NCBI GenBank assembly: GCA_012295275.1
Contig: CM022665.1
Span: forward strand, 34,906,001-34,970,000
Direction: 5' to 3'
Source: Chrysomallon squamiferum
Taxonomy: Eukaryota; Animalia; Mollusca
DNA length: 64,000 bases
Made by a program: the position numbers and the translations under genes. The notes below the pieces were generated by a model that saw only the letters and a program-made list of their open reading frames with translations, ran no database searches and was not told the origin of the DNA. Below, piece by piece: positions 12,301-26,300 of this stretch; position 1 is the first letter of the stretch, and every line of letters starts with the position of its first letter.

Positions 12301-15300
12301 GTGATAAAATCATGGAACACATCTTTTATGCATTTCTTGCATTAAGTCTACATTAAAATTATAAAGTTAAAAACCATATGTCCATTAATAAAAAAAATAA
12401 TTATCATTGTGTAAAGCTGTGATACAACTGTTTGAACAGCATATACCTGAGTGAAATTTTCTTTACAGAAAGAGTAAGTCAAAGTATCTTTTTGCCAGGA
12501 AAACTGTAATTTTAACTGAAATATAAAACACATACTAACCTGTTTTATAATTCCACTCAGTCGTGTACCCTCTTGGCCATTGTTTGTTGCTAAGGCTGTT
12601 GCTATGGCTGGTGGAGGCGATGTTCGTAATGTGTTGCAGGCTAAAATTAGTTGACTGTGAACTTGTAACAAACTGATTCGCAATTCCACATATGAACACT
12701 GGAACTTAAGTGGGAAAATGTGTGTGCATCCAGCCTAAAAAAATAAAGTATATAAATTTTTTATTTTGGGCATTCCACAATTTTTTTTTATCTTTATAAA
12801 ATTATTTGATTCCACAATAAAATAAATGATAAACTGAAGGATATGTTTAAAAAAGAGAACAAAAAAATCAGTTCTGATATTGACAAAAATTACATTTAAC
12901 ACAAAAGGAAAATATTTATAAAGTTAAAAATAACCTTCAAAGAAGCCAATCCTTTTTGATAAAGCTCTAGACTCTCAGACACATGATGTAACAGATTAGA
13001 GTTATCATCCTTAGTCTGCCTAAGTCTTGCCTCAGCACTACAAACATAATTCAGTCCCAGAAGCCAGTAGTAAAAATGTTCTGAGGCAACCTGAAGAATA
13101 GTTATCAGTTATTAAAAATTAGAAACATAAATATTTCAAATTTAAACAAATCTTTAAGAAATAAGTGATTAAAAAGGGAAAATGTTATCAAGGTAGAATG
13201 AATGATTTTAATTTGTGAAAAATATGAACTGAAATTAAAATATTATTCAAACAACTTTTATTACTACCGTCTTTTCTTAAAATCCAGTGTGTTGTTAAAT
13301 AAAAATATAAATTATGTATGTAAAATAATTATTTATTTGCCTTGCAAACATTTTTGGGTGAAGGTGGAACACACTATTATTTTTATTCATACACAAACCT
13401 TTTGTGTGAGTGGCTTAACAATATCTCCTGCTATCTGATACTGGCCATATCGCATGGCCTGTCTAACCATTTTGTAAGCTACCCAGTAGTCTGCATGGCC
13501 TGCACAGGTAACAACTAATTCATGGATCTCATCAGGAATTTTTCCACCTTGTGCTGCCTGGTACACCAGAGTAAATAGGTTTACCTGAAAATTCTGAAAG
13601 CAGAAACATAATTCTTTCTCAGATTACTTAAGTAATTTAAACACACACAGAAAACAAAAATAAAAAATTAAAGTTTTTATTAGGATATAAAATCTGAGTT
13701 ACCTGTGATGTACACTCTGTAGATTCCAGACTGTTTTCCAAACAACTAGTAATGACAGGCACAGCACACTCAAGTGCCTGGCTATTCTGAGATCCAATAG
13801 CAGCTAATGCTTCACAAAGAATTTCAGCAGTGATGTCTAAATAAATAAAACAAAATGTTCTGATACTTAATTTAATATTTTATTTTAATTACAAATCTGA
13901 TCAGTGGCTTATTAAGCACTTAAATAACTTGATATTTTAAATAAAGTATTTGAAAGAAAATGTAAACACAAAAATGCAAAAAATATAATTTATTCTGCAT
14001 CTACAATCATTTTTATATTTTGATTTTAGAAATCTTTAAATAATTAAAAATATTTTTTCCCACAGAATTCTTGGATTCAAAGATACCAAGAAAGATGTTT
14101 AGGTTATATAAAACGATAATACAAATATTACCTCCAGTAGTTGCTAAGAGATGTGAAACTGTGTCAACAAAAACTGAGCCAAGAGTAGGTTTCAAACTGC
14201 ACAGATCAACAGCACATCGCAAACATAACTAAGACAAAAAATAAAAATAAATATCCTAATACTAACAAGTGGACAGAAAACTGGTTTAAGCAAAAATATG
14301 TAACTAAAATGTGTAGCATTTTTCATTTCTTAATTCAAACAAACAACAAATTATGAACTTTTACATTTGTGAAAACTGTAAATTAAATATTTAGAAACTG
14401 GTGGAACATGTCTAGGTGTCATTGCTTTATGTATTGTATATTATAATTACTCTGAGACCAAAAAGATAATGAATTACCTTGAGTTCTCTAATCAATGTTT
14501 TGGACTGCTCGCCTGTTAGAAGAATAATGTGTGTTTGTATAGCACTTACAGCATCTCCCACTAAGTCAACAGGACAACCTGACAAGTATAAAAACAGAAA
14601 AATAAAAAAAAAAAAAAAAGTCAACATGAAAATCAAAAATAAGAACACTTTTTTAAATAAAAAGAAGAGTTTCTATTACACAAGAGAATTTATCCAAATC
14701 AGTGTTTAACAAAATGTACAGTACTTTCAAAATGTCCATAACTCACTCTGTGATTTAGCTAACTGACATAGCAAGTGAACAGTCCTACAAGCAAGAGTCA
14801 GGTTGTCATGGTAACTATACTGTTGACAAACAGCAAAAAGTTTGGAATCTAGAAGAAAAATTAAGATAAAAGATTACTAAAATGTAAAAATGTTTTGCAA
14901 GTAAAACAAATATTTTGTAAATTAGATTTTGAAACAAGAAAATATCCAATTTTTTAGTGACAAAAATAAAAGCAGAAATTTATTATTTAACTGCATATTA
15001 AAATATAAATACTCAATGTCAAATACTGACAATATCATGCACTTCCAACACTGAGTTACTGCTAAAACAAAATTACCTATTCATATTAATGTTTTAAAAC
15101 TGAATTTCTTGATTAGTAACAGACATGTACTTCACATTTTGATATAGAAACGTACAATGTAAAACTGTTTTTCTAGTCCTTTTAACTAAAAAGATATAAC
15201 AAAGCTCACCAGCAGTAAAGACCACTAGCTGGACAGCTACAGAACTACATATTGCTGTTAGAACTTCTACACCACAAACCTTCAACTTCACAAAGGGATT

Positions 15301-17499
15301 ATTTAGCACAAATTTACACACTGCCTGGATTTTACAAAAGTAAAATAAATACTGGTTTTAGATCAACATTTCATATGCAGTGGCTTTATATAATTCTGCC
15401 ATTTATTTTGAAAATAATAGCGCTTATGATAAAAAATAAAAAATAAATCTATTCTCTTATTAACTTTTGTTATCTTATTTAGTGATTTTAATTTTTATAC
15501 CATTTAGCAAGAATGAAAATTTAAAATCAAATTACTCAATTGTTAATATTAAGCAAACTGAACTGACCATTCTTGCAAAAGTAGATATATTATATAAATA
15601 TAGGAATAACATACAAATTAGAAACCTTTTTCCATCAAAACAAAGTTATAATGAAGGATTAAACACTTTTTAAAACTATGTAATTTGAATATATATTATC
15701 TATAATAAAATGATCAGAAAAACTTTTTTTATACACAGATTATATTATAAATTTGCCATAACAGTATATAAACAGTATATAATTATTTTAATTCATAACA
15801 ATAAACAGAAATATTTATTTTACCAAGGGATTTTTATTATTATTGTGACTCAACAGTATTTCAACCACACTTTTTATGAAGTTATCTGCATATTAATTTT
15901 ATACATTTTTATGTCCATACCTCAACCACATCTTCCTGCCAGAGATGTGGTCCTTTTTTTGCTAGCACTTTTAATTCACGAAGAGCAACCATTTTAACTG
16001 AATTACGAGGATCATTCTCCAGACTGGACACAAGCAGAGTCACTTGTTTCTGAAGATCTAGCAATGAGTCAGCTGCAAGCTGCGACATGGTTGATAGAGT
16101 CAGGGTTACAAATTTCTCAGCTGGAAAATCTTCTAGTAGGGACAGGCAAACATTTCTTGACTTTAAAATATAAAGAGAAAAAAAAATCTCTTGATCTATA
16201 AATTGACATATTGTATTGAAAATATAATTCACTATTATTATTTTATATAATAACTGAATTTTTGTTTAACAGTTATCTCATATTTTTTTTCTTATATTAA
16301 AATTGATTAAATAATGAATATATAATTTTGTATAATGTCAGAAAAGTCTAAAATGACAATCTTTTAGCACACATTTTTAGGATACACATCTTTTGTAATA
16401 AGCATATAAAAAATAGATTATCTCTGTATTTGTAGGTCTGAAGATAAGTTTAATATAAATTATTTTATTCCATACCTTTGTTGATGTACTTATGTCATGA
16501 TGCATATGTCGTAGAATAGGAATCAGTTTGAGTTTCATATCAACAGGAGTAGCAATTGCTGATATCATTTTTGCTATCTTACCACAAATACTGGCAGCAT
16601 ATGTTCTGTGTAAAAATAAAAAATTAAAGTGAATCTCTAATCAGATAATTTCAATTAATAATAATAATGATAATAATGATGATGATGCTAAAAAAGACAA
16701 ATTTTGTAATAAAATATAATACTCACTTTGATCTGTCAGAAAATCTTTCTGCAGCAAAGATGGCAGCTTCAACCTCCACAGGATCGTGTGAGTCAAGACT
16801 GACAGCAATACTGTGATGAACATTTTTTCTCTCCGGAATTATACAGGCAATACTGCCAAGAGTTCTGCAGTCAAGCAATTTAAAAAAAAAATGATATATA
16901 TATATAATGTATTTTTGACGGAAACAGACTATTTTACAGCATATGATGGTTAGCTGCAAAAGTGAAATTATGCAATATTTCAATGTGTAAAACTTTCAGA
17001 ATAAATAAAAAAATCATTAATTATTTTTAAAAATTAAAGCAAACCAATACAAATTTATAAATACATGTATATACAAAAAAAGCAATTTATATACAGAAGA
17101 ACTTCATAAATTCAAACAGCTCTATCTCTTGAAGTGAAAGTCTGGTCCACACCCAGGCTCCTATATACAGAAGCAATTATGACCTTTAAAAATTCAAACA
17201 CCATTAACTCAGACACCTCAGTTATTCAAAGACATTTTGCAATCCCAAACTCTTATTTAATAGAGATTAGTCTTTGAAAAAGTAAGCACTGGAATGACCA
17301 AGTATTGTTTCTGTGGGTAATTACAGAACAAAGTTCACTGACTGATGTTGGTTTTTGCTTACAAATGAGTGTATTTTAAATACTAGTTAATGAAAATGTG
17401 TTGTATGGGGAGAGAAGGATGTGTGAATGTGTGCTTGGGTCTTTTACATTAAATATTCAGCATTATTTTAGAATTTTTTCTTTCTTTTTTTATAAATTT

Positions 17500-17532
<33 letters not shown>

Positions 17533-19129
17533 TTAATGCAAACATTTCAGCCAAAACATAGGAGTTAGTCCAAACATTTTGAAATAAAACTTGAAACAGC
17601 AGCATTTCTTCCAAAAAATATTCTTCAATCAGTCAAACTGTGCATGATCATGTTCAATATTCTATCAACATTCAGCATTTTTATTTCTTTCTTTTTCTTT
17701 TATATAGTTCCACTGATACGTGACATGCATGCATTTATTTATAGGTTTATTAATTGACATGTCACTGAATCAGTGAGATCAACAGCTAGGAACATGACCT
17801 TATGACTGCTATCATGTGATCAAAATAGTTTACACTGCTGAACATTATGGGGGTGATGGTGATGTTTTAAGCAATTTAAGAGGTTGAAAAACATATATCA
17901 ACATACTGATGACCATATATAGAAAGATAATGTTTCAAGCTTTCTGCTGATGCCTGGTTTGCTGTTTTCTTCATGTTGTTTTCAAGGCAGTCAAGTAAAT
18001 GAATTTTCAACCCTGTACAGAAATCACTTAATAATGCAGGAAAAAATAATATTTAGATGCTATCAACAGAAAAAATCTCAAAACAGATTCACCATTTTTT
18101 CACAAAAATATAGCATTTACTTAAAATGTATTTTGCCGACTTCAGACTCATTTTGTGAAAATAACACACACATACATACAGGTGTGTGCATATGTATCAC
18201 AGATATATTTGGACTGTATTTTTTATTGATTTTGTTATTTACTTAGTTTATAAACTAAACAAGACTATACATTTCTTGCAATATGAAATATACTCATCAT
18301 AGGAATTGCAGTACATATTTGAATTTTAAAAATTCAAACTCCCTGAAGCTCAAACTATTTTTTACTGACCCCTTGAAGTATGATGTATTGAAGTTTGACT
18401 CTATATATTTATATGTATATATCTCCAGTTATTTTAAAGTCTACAAATTACCTTAATGCAATGGCTCTAGCAACAGGGTCATTGCTGTGAAGGACAGTGA
18501 CAATTCTGCGAATGAACTCATCAACATTAAGAATTTTATCAAGATGCTTCTCACTCTGCTGAGTCACTTTCAAAATACAAAGTCTGATGAAGTTGTTTCT
18601 AAAATTATAAAACAGCCAACAATCAAGACATCAAATATTTAAATTTGTATTTAAACATTCTAAAAATGTGGTATTTGTCAAATATACATATGTGAAATTA
18701 TTTTATAAATATCTATTTCTTTGTTTAATAGATTTCTTTAGATGTTGGGAAACCAGCATCTTTTTCACTGAAAAATGTGATTAATTATATTTTTAAGAAA
18801 ATGTTTTATTCATAATAGAAAACATTTAAAAAAAAGAAAATTAAATTATCGTTTAACACACACATCAAAAAAAAAAAAAAAAAAAAAAAAGGAAGAAAGT
18901 TATATATAAGAAAGAAAAAAATGACTGCTTAAAAAACTAAATATTAACTATCAATTTTGTATTTTTTAAAATTAATCAATAAAATACAGTTTACTTACCC
19001 TGCTCGAAATACATCTGCTAACTTTAACAGCGCTGAATTTATTAGGATAGGAAATGGATATTTTTCAAACAATTTGGGAAACTTGACAATTGCTTCACAC
19101 TGTGCACCAATTCTTCCTGAATGCAAACC

Positions 19130-19182
<53 letters not shown>

Positions 19183-19653
19183 TGGTTTATATAAACAAAA
19201 CTATTTTGTTGAGAATACGTTCACACTATTTAAACATTTTATATATCAAATTTTGAAATTATAAAACAGCTGTGAAACAAACTGATAAAACAATCAATGA
19301 ATCATAATCATTCCACTCTAACATTTACAATATTAAATATAAACATCTCACAGCTTTTTATACATTAATAGTACATTTACAATATATATAGTATATACGT
19401 AGAAGACACTGTCTCAAATAGCTCGAAAAGTTATAAATTGTAGTTAATAATTTGCATTTAGACGTCCATTTAGCCTGCTTAATTTTTGGCCTAACGACCG
19501 CATTATTTATATTATTTATATTATTGTTATTATTATTACAGCACCCTTATCAAGATCTGTAAGTGCGGAGTTGGCATCTTGTTCTTGTTCTGCAGAAACG
19601 CTATCCAAAGGACTTGGGTTGATATTTCTAACGCTACCAATGGAGGCAGACAT
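9387..19653 (-). CDS. INTS7: Integrator complex subunit 7
   Basis: 20 exons join in frame: 19545-19653, 18999-19128, 18452-18598, 16727-16864, 16476-16605, 15921-16160, 15210-15324, 14747-14848, 14478-14578, 14132-14228, 13703-13836, 13399-13584, 12935-13090, 12540-12734, 11985-12088, 11442-11507, 11007-11157, 10494-10589, 9930-10118, 9387-9644. Motifs: EQEQDANSALTDLDKG, QCEAIVKFPKLFEKYPFPILINSALLKLADVFRAG, HSNDPVARAIALR, TPVDMKLKLIPILRHMHHD, LRTSPPPAIATALA, YPRYFFQTLQSTAVKLAVSPQ, PHNDYFSVNFLL. Confidence 0.96.
11508..11984 (-). other. U12-type (minor) GT-AG intron in INTS7
   Basis: 5' splice site GTATCCTAAC. Branch-like TTTCCCTCAAC (11515-11525) sits just before AAAACAG with no polypyrimidine tract. 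Splicing yields SFDADCQSLHNIDV/LRQSCDSLKAA, collinear with vertebrate INTS7. Confidence 0.8.
17190..18402. mobile_element. Possible old pogo/Tigger-like non-autonomous element in INTS7 intron 3
   Basis: Degenerate ends ATTCAAACACCATTAACTC and GTATTGAAGTTTGACTCTA resemble CAGTCAAAC...GTTTGACTG-type TIRs. Internal hairpin CACTGATACGTGACATG / CATGTCACTGAATCAGTG at about 17712-17776. Boundaries approximate. Confidence 0.3.
19130..19181. repeat. (AAT)n microsatellite abutting the INTS7 exon 2 acceptor
   Basis: Perfect AAT run; on the minus strand it reads (TTA)n ending in TAG|exon. Confidence 0.95.
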
Positions 19654-20074
19654 CTTTTAATATTCTGTTTATATAAATTGGGAAATTAAAAATTGTGCGA
19701 AAGAAAATAAAATAAAATAAAAATAAAAAGATTAATTTGTGTTTACTCAGTTTATTTATTTATTTATTCGTTTTTATGATGGAGTATCATTACAAAGAAA
19801 TAATAACAACAACAACAATAAACACAAAGAAAAACAACCAAATGACAAATAAAACATTTAAATATTACTATTATTAATATTCTTTGCAACGTTCATGTAA
19901 AGAATATTTGGAATGTATACAGTATAGTAATTATAATACTAATAATAAAATTTTTGTTTAGAAAAGTATCACACAGCAAAATTTGATTGTAATAAACTAT
20001 AACGTTTTCGGAAGAATTTTAAAATAACTATTTAAGTATTATTCTTTCGATACGTACGTCACATGACAATCAAA
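19654..20074. promoter_or_regulatory. Probable bidirectional promoter for INTS7 and COMMD1
   Basis: Divergent start codons are about 420 bp apart, with local CpG retention (TTCGATACGTACGTCAC). Confidence 0.65.
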
Positions 20075-21308
20075 ATGGCAGACGATGCGAAAAATACTTT
20101 GGCCTTATTGAATGGTCTTGCCAGAAGAGGTTATCATGGTCATAAAGACATTACTAATGAATTTTTAAAACAGGAAATATTTCCAGATATGCAAGATGAT
20201 GAATTTAATCATTTAGTTTTGAAGTGTAATCAAATCATGAAGGTTATTACAATTATATTATTAAGAAAAGAAAACCTAATGAAATAACAGATCAGAAAGC
20301 TTTGGGGGTGTGGCAGAATTTTACATAAATAAATAAATTAAGGATAATATTTAGTTATTTGTTTAAAAACTGCTGGAAAAAGTTACTGTAAAAATTGATA
20401 TAATGTAACTTAATTCAACTTCTTTCCAGATGACCTTTGGTAACAAAAGGTATAATAGTTTGTGCTAGAACTGTAAAGTGATACAAATAACATACAGAAG
20501 TAATAATTTTGCATTTGACATTTTCTTCAATTTACAGATTCTAGCGTCAGCTGACATGGATGTGACACAACTTGAAGCATTTCTGACAGCACAGATGAGA
20601 AAGAAAGAAGGTGCACTTAGTGAAGTCCATGCTAATGTTTTCAGAAAGTTTTGGAAATCAAATAGAACTAAAATTCATGAAAGCATTATTGCTCAGACAA
20701 CATGGGGAAACACATTACAAAAAGTGGCATGGCGAATTGATTTGAAATCTCAAGCTCGACACACTGATGAGATAAACACTCCTGTAGCTATCGTGGAATT
20801 ACATGTTGGAAATAATCAAGGAAAGGAAAAGGTAATTTTTTCTTAAAGTATATATATGTAGATGTATGAACAAATAGCAAAATACATTACAACTATTTGT
20901 TTCAGTTATCTAATTAACTGTCAGTATTAAAGGATGACAATAAGATAAGATTCATTATGATGTAACAAGATCAATATTTTCTCATCCAGAAATATGGACA
21001 AAAGCTTATGATACCTTGAGATTTTGAATCAGTTTTTCATCAAATGTTTTCAAATTTCTTTTTATAAAATATTTAGTTTTGTTGGTAGTTGTTTTGTTTT
21101 TTGTTGGTTTTTTTAGTTTGATGTTACCAGAAATGAACAATAATTATTATTTATTAATATGTCTACTATACTTACTAATAATTATATTATTTATATTTTA
21201 TAGGCTGGTGATGTCTTGAGATTTGAAATGGATGAAAAAAAACTTTCTTCAGTTTTGTCAAGTATGCATGAAATAGAAGAAAAAATAAACAAATACATTC
21301 AAAAATGA
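20075..21308 (+). CDS. COMMD1: COMM domain-containing protein 1
   Basis: Exons 20075-20242 (an in-frame ATG also lies at 20063), 20538-20831, 21204-21308. Motifs LLNGLA, ILASADMDVTQLEAFLTAQMRKKEG, KFWKSNRTKIHES and COMM domain WRIDLKSQARHTDEINTPVAIVEL. Confidence 0.93.
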
Positions 21309-23305
21309 AAAACAAATTTTTAGTGATCCAGAAATAAAGATTTGGATAAAACTTGTTATAATAATAAAAACTGATGCTGTTCCTTTTATTTTATATGTAG
21401 ACAAAAGAAAATGGAAAGATAATTTGTTTATATTTGTCCCCAAGAATTTTAAGTGATTTTTCATCAAAAGGATTGTATTATGGTTCTTTTCAAAATCAGT
21501 AAGTGTCATTAACGATAACATAAAATAACACCATATTAAAGAAAAAAGAAAAAACAATTAAAAAAAAATGAAATATGTAGCATATGTAATACATTCTTAT
21601 ATAAATGCATAAAATATGGTTATATTCTTTAATAAAGGATCAGTACAACATAATTTAATAATTAATTCCACACACACACACACAAGGTAAATAAAACATT
21701 TGTTAACAATAAATTATGTTGCATGCATTAACATAAAAGTCTATAAAACATTTATTCAGAAAGAGAAGATTGGGATTTTTAGTTCAGGATATTCAAAAGT
21801 ACAAAAGAACCTGCCATCCTCAGAAATAAGAAAGATACCAAAACATCTTGTTTTACTTACTGTATATATAATCATTCATTATACATCTTTGCTGTTACAA
21901 AAAAATGTTTTTACAAAAATATGCACATCTGATTTTTCTTTATGGCTTTTATTAAGAGAAGTACATTTTTGTTCTTCATGTTTGTTTTATATTTTTGTTC
22001 TTCATGCTAGTCCATATTTTGGAAGCAAAAAAAAAACAAAACATTTTCTTCTGAAAACCACAAACTAACTAAAAAAACAAAACACTGCATTTTCTATTAA
22101 GAATAAAGTCAAAAAAATATATTAACTTTGTACCATAAATTAACATTCATACAAAATTGTATTTCAGTCCAGTATAGTTATGTATTTTCTTTTAATAAAT
22201 CCAAACTTGTACACAGTCATATCACTCATTAATCATTTAGATGTTTATGTTTAAAATAAAATATTGAAGTAATTTGCAAGACATTTTTCTCAGTATACTT
22301 ACACTATTTAGAATAATAAAAGTAATACATTATTAATGTTGTTGTTATAGTTGGATTGTTTGCAATTTTTATTTTTTTATTTTATTTTTTTTAAATTATA
22401 TTATATTTTGTGATGTTATATGCATATAGTTTATTACAGGTTTTTTTTTTTTTTTTTTGGTTTGTTTGTTAGAATTATTAATTATAATAATTTATTTTTA
22501 TTCGTTCATTCATTCACTGAGATTTCAGTGCTTGGATTAATCTATTTTTAATTTGTAAAATTTTTGTTCTGTACCATTGGACCCCCATAATTAATTTTTC
22601 AAGAATGAATACGTAATACACACCCTTCAAGTAAGAGTATTACCATCATTCGCCAGGTGATTCACATTCGCTGCATTCAAAGTACTGGGTGTCCTTTCAA
22701 GAAGTCCCGGGAAGCAGTGAGATACAATGAAGGTCTGTCAGTCCAATTAAAATATAGGACTGTGTAAAATACAGGAACTCCCATCTCATCTTCTTGAAAC
22801 TGACGCCGTTATTTGATATAACATATTGAGCGAGAAAGTACATTTGTCCTGGAGACTGACGTGATGTGTTTTTCTATTTTAAATATTTTCATTCTCTAAT
22901 TTACTACAGCGATTCTCTTTTAAGACAAGCATACATATATATTTTTGATAACATTCATTTTATATTTTCATCGGCATAATGTCAAAATATTATTTATATC
23001 AACTATGTGACGCGTTGGTTGCTGTATTTTTTTTTTTCTGATGCCATTTATGATTTAGATATAATCATATACTAATGACAATTTTTGTTGTTTTTATACT
23101 TCGTTTTTATCTATAATAATAATAATAAATTAAAATGGGGGGAGAAAAAGAAAGATCATATTAATCATAAATAAAGGAATTCAATTTACTTCAAGCAAGT
23201 AGAATATCGTATTACATACGCTATGTCTTTTCACCCGTTATACAGTAATGACGCAGGAGATGAAGTTCTCCAGTTTAAGAAAGGAATCTCATAAAGACGA
23301 AAACA

Positions 23306-26300
23306 ATGGCGGACGAAGGCGATTTTGATGGTGATGAGTGAGTTAAATTATAATTCACATGATATTTATTAACGACTACGATTATTCGATATTTAATAAA
23401 TTATTATCTTCCATAATACTGACGATTACTGGTAAATGAAATCTTCATATATCAACATTGTTCTGATTTAATACAGTATTTAAAACCTTTCCCAACTTTC
23501 CGTGATTTCTTTACCTCAGAATTAGTTTATAAAACGCAGTTTTACTTCACAATTTTTAATTAGTTAACGATATTCATTTCTACATTTATCTGAAATCATA
23601 TGGGATACTATCGATTTACCATTGATTGTGTGTATTATATATATAAACAGAAATGACCATTTACATTTATAATTTTATTTATCACAAATAATTTAAATTT
23701 TTTAATATTTACTCAGTTATTTACAACCTGTGCAAGGAGAATAATGGGAAAGTTATTTAATAATTTAATAAAATTAATGGTATGAAATGATCAGTATTTA
23801 AATTAAACAGTTTGTTTAATAGAAACATATAAACGACTGCTCAGAGGCGAAGCATTAAACAAACATGATCAAACAGATATGACCATATGTTACAAACAAA
23901 TATTAACCTGGTTGAACCTCAGAACTTCCTGTTGTAAAGAGCACTAAACAAATAACAAAATGACACCAAGATGATAAAAATATATTAATAAATAAGGAAG
24001 TTATAGACATTTTAATTGTTAAGAATCACCTTTTTTTCTTTTTCTGCTGTTTTAGTTTAATTAATCTAATCTCTGTGATTTAGCAATAACAGAATGGCAA
24101 AATATGGCCAGTGTTTTCTTTAATTTTTAAGATAATCAAAAATTATACTGAGGTATCAGCTGTACAGAGTACTGTCAGCAATTTAGATACGTCAAACAAA
24201 TATTGTTTAAAAGAAGCAACAGTAATCATTAGTTGTTTTTATAAATATGGACATTATCCAGTGACATCATTTATATTACTTGAACTAGATTTAAGATTGA
24301 CGGCATGGGTCAGCAAAAACCTTTTGGTCTTCTTACATAAGTTCTCAAAGATTTGATGGAAATATAATGGTTTAATTGATCCGGATTGAAGAATTGTTTT
24401 CATTGAATTTCATTTGCCATGATGCTGTACTGAAATGACAGCAACTCAGTTTGCAAGTTTGAAACCTACCTTTACAATTATAAAACTGAATGAAGTTTTG
24501 TCAGTTTGTAGTTGAAATTGTACAATAATACATATATTTAATTTTGAAAAACCCATATGTTGATTGATGTGTTTTATAAATGACACAAAAAATTTATGGA
24601 TTTGAAAAATTAAAAAATGATGATGAAGACACACATCTCCCTCACATCTTTTTAAGAAAACACTGGTAAATAATTAAGCGGAATGGGCAATATAAACCTG
24701 CATCCCTCTACATGCTCAGCATGCTCCTAACAGATAGATTTGTAAAAAATTACATCAGCTTAATTCTGGTTTGTAACATACCTAATCAAGCCTTATTGAG
24801 ATAAATAATAAATACATTCTTATACGTCTTAAATGAGAAAATCTAAAAGCTAAAATGAGATTAGTTAGGAATTTATATTATTTTTACATTTAACTTACTT
24901 TTTAAAAGATTGTGATATTTATTTACAGTGTCCAGTGGTTTCACCCAGAACTCTGTTTAAAATGATATTATATATTATTAAAACACATTAAAAGATTAAT
25001 ATATAAACTTATCATTGTTTTACACATCAGTGAAAATATTTCCCTCTCAAAAAAAAATATCTTCATTATTTAGTCATTGTAGACCAGATCTCTCTCTGTC
25101 ATTACCAGTGAGATATATTTTGCTTTAAATAATGACATCAGCTATGTTTTCTTTATTACAATATATGTTAATTAACTGTTTGCCTAATCCTGTTCAGTAT
25201 ACACACACACACACACACACAGACATAACATGTCATATGCCACCTTTAGGCTTGTTGGCTTCTAATCATAACTGATTAATTTAATTAATTGATTTTAATT
25301 GATTAATTGAATACCGGTATCAACTGCAAAATAACAGACAATGATAGTTGGATAATTGGTCCACAAAGATTCAGCAGTAATAAAAGAATATTATTTTTAT
25401 ATATTCAAATTTTTTATTCTTATTTTTTCTTAAATACAAACAGCATACACAGAATGATTATATGTTTAATAACATAAAATATAAGGTGGCTTTGTTCACG
25501 AGGAAATGAAATTTACAGGAATTTTCAGTGGCAATTAAAATTAAATCTACATCATCTCAAAAAATTAATAACTTCTCCGAAAATATTTGAAATTGCTGTT
25601 ATATCACAAAGTTAATTGTAAATTAAATGTAGTTGCCAAAAACAAAGATGAGGAATTAGTCCACTTCATACTCGGAGTAACTCAGACAATGTTTGTTTTC
25701 ACCAAACTTTATTTTGACTTTGAAATAGGGTAATTATTGAAACATTTTAAAACAACTTCAAGAAACTTGCAAACAAAACAAAATTTAATCATTTTAAATT
25801 AGTGAATAACATTATTTACTACTACTAATAATAATGATAATATTTTGAAAGTATAAAACATTTTCATATACATGCAAATCTGGATTTTTTTTTTTTTTTG
25901 TCAGATTTGAAGATGGACCAGATGATGTTGAAGAAGATGTGTTGGATGAGCCAGAAACTGCAGAGGTAAACTTGCCCATCACTGCATATTGCTAAACAAA
26001 TTAAATAAATATATCTATAAAGATGTACTGTCTTTCAGTAAGTGGAGAGCATACTTGTTTTGATTATTCAGGGCTGTAACTACATTGAGACAAATGCCTT
26101 ATACTGAAACTGATAGGTTATTTTTTTGTTGTTGTTAAAAAATATAAAATATAAATCTCTATTCTGATAGAAATATCCACTGAATGAATTTGTTTATGTC
26201 TGCAGTCATGATTGCTGATGCTGTGGTTTGATGTTACAGAATTAATGTTGTCAGTTCTGAAAAAAGTAACAAAAAAGGATATTAAATGAAAGTTAAGAAG

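Noticed and set aside
18957-19256. Poly-Asn ORF
   Set aside because: Antisense to INTS7 exon 2 plus the (AAT)n microsatellite.
26200-26262. Possible C/D-box snoRNA in POLR2F intron 2 (ATGATT...CTGA)
   Set aside because: Degenerate C box, no terminal stem and no recognisable rRNA guide.
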